DNA of 21,613 nt. Origin: Pirellulales bacterium. Lineage in GTDB: Bacteria; Planctomycetota; Planctomycetia; Pirellulales; JAICIG01. The stretch spans positions 136,879 through 158,491 of the forward strand of contig JBBDYJ010000016.1 in the NCBI GenBank assembly GCA_040901675.1. The letters run 5' to 3'. Shown here one piece after another: positions 16,684-21,613 of this stretch. The notes under the pieces were generated by a model. That model had not been told where the DNA came from. It was given only the letters and a program-made list of their open reading frames with translations, and did not search any database. The position numbers and the translations under genes were made by a program. The stretch's first letter is position 1. The number at the start of each line of letters is the position of its first letter.

Positions 16684-18278
16684 GCGCGAACGGAAACGGA
16701 CGCCCCGACCTGCCCTATTCGGACGACGCCGAGCTGTCCGTGCTGGGCTCCCTGCTCATCGCCCCCGACCGCCTCGGGGAGGTCTCGGAGATCCTGCCGC
16801 GGTCGGATGAGTTCCATTCCCAGCACGCCCAGCGGCTCTACGGGACGATGCTCGACGTGGGCGCTGACCTGACTCTCATCGGCGAGCGCCTGAAGGCCGC
16901 CGGCGAGTGGGACGACGACACCGCGCGATACGCCAAGGCGGCTGGCGATGCGGTGCCCAGCGCTCGCCACGCCGTCCACTACGCCAAGATCGTCGCCACG
17001 AAAGCACGGCAACGCGACCTGATTCTGCGGGCGGCCCGCTTGGACCAGATTGCCCGGGACAGCCGGACGGCCGACAGCGACCCAGAGGCGTGGCACGCCG
17101 ACGTGGAGCGGGCTCTGAGGGCCGCCGCGGCGTTGAACGGGACCGCGCCGCGGCTCACCTACCCGGCCATCACCGCTGCCGAGCTGGCCAGCACCAGATA
17201 CGCCATCACGTACCTGATCCCCGGCATGTTGGCCGAGCACCAGCCGGGCAGCATCATCGGCCCGAAGAAGGCTTTGAAAACGTCCCTGCTCCTGGACGTG
17301 GCCATCGCGCTATCAACCGCCGGCTGTTTTCTCGGGCGCTTCCGAGTACCCGAATCCCGCCGGGTGCTGGTGATGAGCGGCGAGAGCGGCATGGCAGTCA
17401 TCCAGGAAACCTGCTTTCGGATCTGCGACGCGGCCGGCTGCCGGCTGGAGGACACCGGCATCATCTTCTCGGACAAGCTGCCGATGTTCGGGCACCCGGA
17501 ACACCACCACGCCTTGCGGAAGTATCTGGCTGACCACGCCATCCAGGTCGCGTTCTTCGACCCGCTCTATCGGTGCATCGAAACGGGCGGCCGCGAAGGC
17601 AGCATCTTCGCCATGGGCAAACCGCTGGGCGACATGGCCGACATCTGCTGCGAGGCCGGCGTGACGCCGATACTGGCTCACCACAGCAAGAGCACCAGGC
17701 CCGACCCCTACACCCCCGGGGACCTGGACGACGCGAGCTGGGCCGGCGTGGCCGAGTTCTCCAGACAGTGGATGGTCTTGACCCGACGCGAGCAATACGA
17801 GCCGGGCACCGGCTTCCATCGCCTCTGGCTGTCCGTGGGGGGCAGCGCTGGTCATAGCAGCCTGTGGGGTGTCGACGTCAACGAAGGGCCGTACAGCAGC
17901 CTGGCGCCGCGCACATGGGAGGTTGAGGTCAAGACCGCTGATGAGGTACGCGGGACGGCTAGCGAGCAGGCCCAAGCGGTCAAAGCACAGAGGGAGGAGC
18001 AGCAGTTGAAGCAGGACCAGGCAGCCGTGGTCAAGGTGCTGATGTCCGTGGGCCCGGCGACCAAGACCGACCTGAAGGCGCGGGCCGGCATCAACACCGC
18101 TCGTCTCAATGCGGCACTGGCTGGCATGCTCGACGATGGCGATTTGACGGAGTGCCGAATCAAAAAGCACACGCGCGAAGAGACCCATTATGCGCTCTCG
18201 AATGGGGGGGATTGGGTATGCCCGGGATTGCCCGGACAGGGTGCCCGGACAAGTTGTCCGGCCATGCACGGATGGTGA
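16680..18278 (+). CDS. Replication helicase-like protein: DnaB N-terminal-like domain plus RecA-fold AAA (RepA/AAA_25-like) domain
   Basis: LPYSDDAELSVLGSLL (DnaB-N like), Walker A GPKKALKTS, VMSGES, Walker B AFFDPLY, LAHHSK. GTG start overlaps the upstream TGA. Confidence 0.8.
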   Translation: MSANGNGRPDLPYSDDAELSVLGSLLIAPDRLGEVSEILPRSDEFHSQHAQRLYGTMLDVGADLTLIGERLKAAGEWDDDTARYAKAAGDAVPSARHAVHYAKIVATKARQRDLILRAARLDQIARDSRTADSDPEAWHADVERALRAAAALNGTAPRLTYPAITAAELASTRYAITYLIPGMLAEHQPGSIIGPKKALKTSLLLDVAIALSTAGCFLGRFRVPESRRVLVMSGESGMAVIQETCFRICDAAGCRLEDTGIIFSDKLPMFGHPEHHHALRKYLADHAIQVAFFDPLYRCIETGGREGSIFAMGKPLGDMADICCEAGVTPILAHHSKSTRPDPYTPGDLDDASWAGVAEFSRQWMVLTRREQYEPGTGFHRLWLSVGGSAGHSSLWGVDVNEGPYSSLAPRTWEVEVKTADEVRGTASEQAQAVKAQREEQQLKQDQAAVVKVLMSVGPATKTDLKARAGINTARLNAALAGMLDDGDLTECRIKKHTREETHYALSNGGDWVCPGLPGQGARTSCPAMHGW

Positions 18279-18374
18279 TGGTAGGACAGGGGCTATGTAA
18301 TAGCCCTGTCCGTCCTACCATCAGCAGCCCCACGATTCCCTGCCCGGTACAAATCAAAAAGCTGTCCGGGCATA
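18217..18374. other. Putative replication origin: short repeats around a long inverted repeat
   Basis: TGCCCGG at 18219, 18229, 18242 and 18341, inverted at 18366-18372; TGTCCGG at 18255 and 18363; central IR TGATGGTAGGAC (18276-18287) / GTCCTACCATCA (18312-18323) with inner GGGCTAT/ATAGCCC. Confidence 0.55.
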
Positions 18375-18386
18375 GGAGGTAGCAAC

Positions 18387-18596
18387 GTGGTAGCTGCAAG
18401 AAAACCAACGAGACCAAAGCTACGGCGCATCGAACCACCCCAGGACTGGCGGGGGAAGGCCCTGCTCACAATGTCCATCGGGCAATGGGACCAGCTATTG
18501 GCCGGCGCCTATGAAGCCGGCTGGTATCTGCTGGAGCTGGACGACAACGAGCAACCGGTGGCGGTCTACCATCAGTCGAAGGGGCTGGCCGCATGA
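18387..18596 (+). CDS. Hypothetical protein
   Basis: AGGAGG at 18374-18379 before the GTG start; stop overlaps the next ATG. Confidence 0.7.
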   Translation: MVAARKPTRPKLRRIEPPQDWRGKALLTMSIGQWDQLLAGAYEAGWYLLELDDNEQPVAVYHQSKGLAA

Positions 18597-18844
18597 AACG
18601 TGAAACCTTCACGCTGACCCTGGAGGCCCAGCCTTCCAAGGTGCCCGTGGCCATCCGCCTGCGGCGAGCGCTCAAGATCCTGGGGCGCGGCTACGGGCTG
18701 CGATGCAAGGCGATACGGCCGGCTTCGGGAGGGACGGACCCCGCCCCCCGTTTGGGTCCTTCCCAAGCAATGGCGCAAATCACGGTCGGGCGAGCCCAGG
18801 AATCTGAAAACTCCGTCCCTACCTACCCCGATGGGCTGAAATGA
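18593..18844 (+). CDS. Hypothetical protein
   Basis: ATGA overlaps at both ends; basic core VPVAIRLRRALKILGRGYGLRC. Confidence 0.65.
   Translation: MKRETFTLTLEAQPSKVPVAIRLRRALKILGRGYGLRCKAIRPASGGTDPAPRLGPSQAMAQITVGRAQESENSVPTYPDGLK
18754..18796 (+). other. Putative lambda-like cos (cosQ plus cosN-like) packaging site
   Basis: GGGTCCT at 18754-18760 is identical to lambda cosQ; 24 nt later GTCGGGCGAGCC (18785-18796), preceded by ACG; immediately upstream of the terminase gene. Confidence 0.5.
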
Positions 18845-20928
18845 GCGTAGGCCGCAAAAAACGAAGCGAAGCCCAGCGGCAGCGGGAGAAGGCCGCCGCC
18901 GTCCGCAGTGCCGAGCGGGACCTGCTCCAAAGGCGAGTCAAGAATCCCAAGCGCCGGGCCGCCTGCGAGGCCAACGACGAGCGGTGGCTCCGGACCTACC
19001 TACCGGACGTGTTCTACCACGACTTCACCAGCGACCAGCGGGCCATCATTCGAGACGTGGGCACCTGCCTGGAGTACGGCACCAGCAAGTGCATCGCCGC
19101 CCCTCGCGGCGACGGCAAGAGTTCCATCTGCCGGTACCTCATTTTGAAGTACGCGCTCTGCCGCCAGATTCGCTTTGGGCTGGTGGTTTCCGCCACCGGC
19201 CCGAAGGCCGACGAGGCCTTGAGGGCGGTCAAGGCCCAGTTGCGCCGCCGGCAGGGGCTGCTGGCCGCCGACTACCCCGTGGAGTGCGACGTCGCCGCCT
19301 ACGTTGGCCCTGCGAGCGGCAGGTGCCACAACGTCACGGTGGGCGGCCGCCGCGTGCACGCCGAGTGGGCGGCCACCAGGCTCATCCTGCCGACGTTCAT
19401 CGACAGCGAGCCGGTCGGGCCCATCATCATGGCCATGGGCTGGGAGAGCGAGCAGTTACAAGGCTGCAACGTTCTCGACCAGCGGCCCGACTTTACCTGC
19501 TTGGACGACTTGGATAACAGAGAGTCTTTGGCCGCGGTCGATGGCTCCGTGGCCGGCAAGATTGAGGAGATTATCGACAAGTCAATCGGTGGACTCGGCG
19601 GACCCGGCCGCCGCCTCGGGCAAGTCTACCTTTGCACCATCACCAGCACCCGTAGCGCGGCCGCCCGCTACAGCGACCGCACCATCAAGCCGGCATGGTC
19701 CGGCATCCGCCTGCCGCGCATCAAGCGCTGGCCGGACAACCCGGACCTATGGGAGCAATACATCGAGCTGCGAAAATCCGGCCACCGCGAACCGCTCGAC
19801 CCAGCGGACCCGAGCAGCCCGGCGCGGGACCCGCACGGCCGCGAGGCCCATTTCCTGCTCGAACAAAACTTCGAGGCGATGCACCGCGGCGCCGCGTTGT
19901 CCAACGAGCACGACTACATCAAGGACCTGCTCCCCGATGGCACGCCGACGCATTTGAGCGCGCTGCAGAAGTGCTACGACTTCATCAGCGACCGCGGTCT
20001 GCCGGCGTTCGAGACCGAGCACCAGAACGCGCCGCCGCCGAGCGAGAACGAGCTGAGCAAGGTGGGCATCACCCGCGCGCTGGTCGAGTCGCGGCTGTCG
20101 GGCTTCGAGCGCGGCGAGCTGCCGCCCGATTGCAAGCTCGTGGCCGGCATCGACCTGGGAAAGCATTCGTGCTACTGGACGGTGGGCGCCTTCCGCGAAG
20201 GCGGCATCGGGTGCATCGTGAACTATGGCGTGGCCGAAGTGCTGGGCACCGAGCAAACCGAGCACACCGAAGTAATCCAGCGGGCGCTGTTCCGCACGCT
20301 ATCCGAGTGGCGCGAGTCGATGCGCACGAATCCATTCCGGGACGGCGACGGCAACCCGGTCGAGTTATCCGGCGTTCTGGTCGACGCGGGCTACTTCCCG
20401 GACGCCGCATACGAAGTGGTCCGCCGATTCGGCGAGCCGTATCGGGCCAGCAAAGGCAGCGGCGGCTTCCAGCACGGCCAGCCGTCCGCAACACGCCGCG
20501 TTGGCAATCACTGGTTTGCGACCCCCCAGGCCGGCAACGTGTGGCTCTACTCTTTGGACGCCGACCATTGGAAGCGCGACGTTCACAATCGTTTCATCGC
20601 CGAGCCGCGGGACGCCGAGAACCGACCCAACCCGGGGTCCCTGACGTTGTTCGTCCCTCAAGGCAGCCGTGACCATCACACATTCAGCGCGCACATTTTG
20701 TCAGAGGAGTGGGTTACGGAATTCACGCCCAACAAGGGCGAGCGCTCGCGCTGGCTCCGGCACAGCGGCAACAATCACTTTTTTGACGCGACCGCGCTCA
20801 TGCTGGCCGCCGCGGAGATGGCAGGCGCCGGGATCTTCGGCCCGGCGAAGCAGCCAGCCTGGCGCGCGCAGGTGATGCCGCGATTCACGACGCCGGACGG
20901 ACGGCCTTATCTTTTGACCGAGCGATAA
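18841..20928 (+). CDS. Phage terminase large subunit with gpA-like nuclease domain
   Basis: Walker A APRGDGKSS, Walker B TCLDDLD, FETEHQN, RNase H-like acidic motifs AGIDLGK, LVDAGY and NHFFDA. Confidence 0.85.
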   Translation: MSVGRKKRSEAQRQREKAAAVRSAERDLLQRRVKNPKRRAACEANDERWLRTYLPDVFYHDFTSDQRAIIRDVGTCLEYGTSKCIAAPRGDGKSSICRYLILKYALCRQIRFGLVVSATGPKADEALRAVKAQLRRRQGLLAADYPVECDVAAYVGPASGRCHNVTVGGRRVHAEWAATRLILPTFIDSEPVGPIIMAMGWESEQLQGCNVLDQRPDFTCLDDLDNRESLAAVDGSVAGKIEEIIDKSIGGLGGPGRRLGQVYLCTITSTRSAAARYSDRTIKPAWSGIRLPRIKRWPDNPDLWEQYIELRKSGHREPLDPADPSSPARDPHGREAHFLLEQNFEAMHRGAALSNEHDYIKDLLPDGTPTHLSALQKCYDFISDRGLPAFETEHQNAPPPSENELSKVGITRALVESRLSGFERGELPPDCKLVAGIDLGKHSCYWTVGAFREGGIGCIVNYGVAEVLGTEQTEHTEVIQRALFRTLSEWRESMRTNPFRDGDGNPVELSGVLVDAGYFPDAAYEVVRRFGEPYRASKGSGGFQHGQPSATRRVGNHWFATPQAGNVWLYSLDADHWKRDVHNRFIAEPRDAENRPNPGSLTLFVPQGSRDHHTFSAHILSEEWVTEFTPNKGERSRWLRHSGNNHFFDATALMLAAAEMAGAGIFGPAKQPAWRAQVMPRFTTPDGRPYLLTER

Positions 20929-20933
20929 TTCCC

Positions 20934-21200
20934 ATGACCACCAAAGACGACATGGCCGACCTGCAACGCCGGCTCCAGCGAGCGGAAGCGCAATTGGCCG
21001 CCACCCTTCGCCGCAACGAGGTGCTGGAGTCGATGGTCCGATGGTATCACGACCTGGACATCGAGGACCTATACGGCATCGACGCCGACCAACTGGAGAG
21101 CGCACGCGAAGCCGGCTATCTGCCGAACAGCATCCCGTGCCACGTACACTTGGGCGCCGAAATCGCCTATTGGATTAAGCGGGACTGCCCGCGCGACTAA
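20934..21200 (+). CDS. Hypothetical protein with N-terminal coiled coil
   Basis: ATG 5 nt after the terminase stop; heptad-like LQRRLQRAEAQLAATLRRNEVL. Confidence 0.6.
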   Translation: MTTKDDMADLQRRLQRAEAQLAATLRRNEVLESMVRWYHDLDIEDLYGIDADQLESAREAGYLPNSIPCHVHLGAEIAYWIKRDCPRD

Positions 21201-21235
21201 CCCGTTTCAACCCCCGTTTTTTAGGAGAGAGCATT

Positions 21236-21613
21236 ATGCCAACCGCAACCAAAGAGAAAACCGAATCCATTGCCGACCGCCTCGTGCGCGAGCGAGCCCA
21301 GCTCACCGACGCAGCGGAGGAGCTGTGCATGCGGGCCGCCGCCGGCGAAGAGCTGGACTACGACCAGCGGGCGGTGTTCCAGGCCTTGGCGTGGGATAAG
21401 CGCCGCATCGAAAACGAAATCGGCCGATGCAAGGGCGTGCTGCGCTGGCAGCAGCAAGCCGGGAATCCCAAGGCCCTGGTCGACGCCCGCGCCGCGCTGG
21501 AGGCGGCCCGCCAGAAGGCGGCCAGCGACAAGCCGGACCTGGAGCGGCAGATCCAGGTGCTCCAGCGGCAGGCCGCCGCGCTCGACCAGGCGGTGGTGTC
21601 CGCCACCAAGTCG
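21236..21613 (+). CDS. Hypothetical coiled-coil protein, truncated by the window end
   Basis: Not in the ORF track. AGGAG at 21223-21227, then ATG 21236, MPTATKEKTESIADRLVRERAQL...; open for 126 codons to the end. Confidence 0.75.
   Translation, partial: MPTATKEKTESIADRLVRERAQLTDAAEELCMRAAAGEELDYDQRAVFQALAWDKRRIENEIGRCKGVLRWQQQAGNPKALVDARAALEAARQKAASDKPDLERQIQVLQRQAAALDQAVVSATKS

Larger units (their letters stand above)
14559..21613. mobile_element. Integrated prophage or phage-satellite-like element at tRNA-Cys; continues beyond the window
   Basis: tRNA-fragment boundary followed by co-oriented AlpA/Xis-like, TOPRIM, helicase and terminase genes. No integrase in the window. Confidence 0.85.

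Overview
GC-rich bacterial chromosome segment. Planctomycetota is the likely source (inference from the LRR type, the ClpC N-terminus and the GTAG-type REP repeats). The host part (1-14549) holds a FeeM-like N-acyl amino acid synthase and a Nudix hydrolase on the - strand. These diverge from a tightly packed + strand operon: class I terpene-synthase-like protein, 6-TM double-kinase hybrid sensor, REC-kinase, ispH, short LRR protein, hypothetical protein. That operon is a candidate isoprenoid-based signalling circuit. Next come REP hairpins, an alpha/beta hydrolase, a Clp N-domain/DsbB-like fusion, a small membrane protein, a rhodanese with an in-frame UGA plus SECIS-like hairpin (probable selenoprotein), a YbaK-family deacylase and a succinate-semialdehyde dehydrogenase. 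Two sigma-54-type promoters precede the rhodanese and YbaK genes. From 14559 to the window end lies an integrated phage or satellite-like element bounded by a displaced 3' half of tRNA-Cys. It carries arm-like repeats, two AlpA/Xis-like genes, a TopoVIA/Spo11-like TOPRIM gene, a DnaB-N/AAA helicase, an origin-like repeat region, a lambda-like cos sequence and a gpA-type terminase large subunit, with no recognisable small terminase or portal gene. All calls come from reading motifs by eye; no database search was run.
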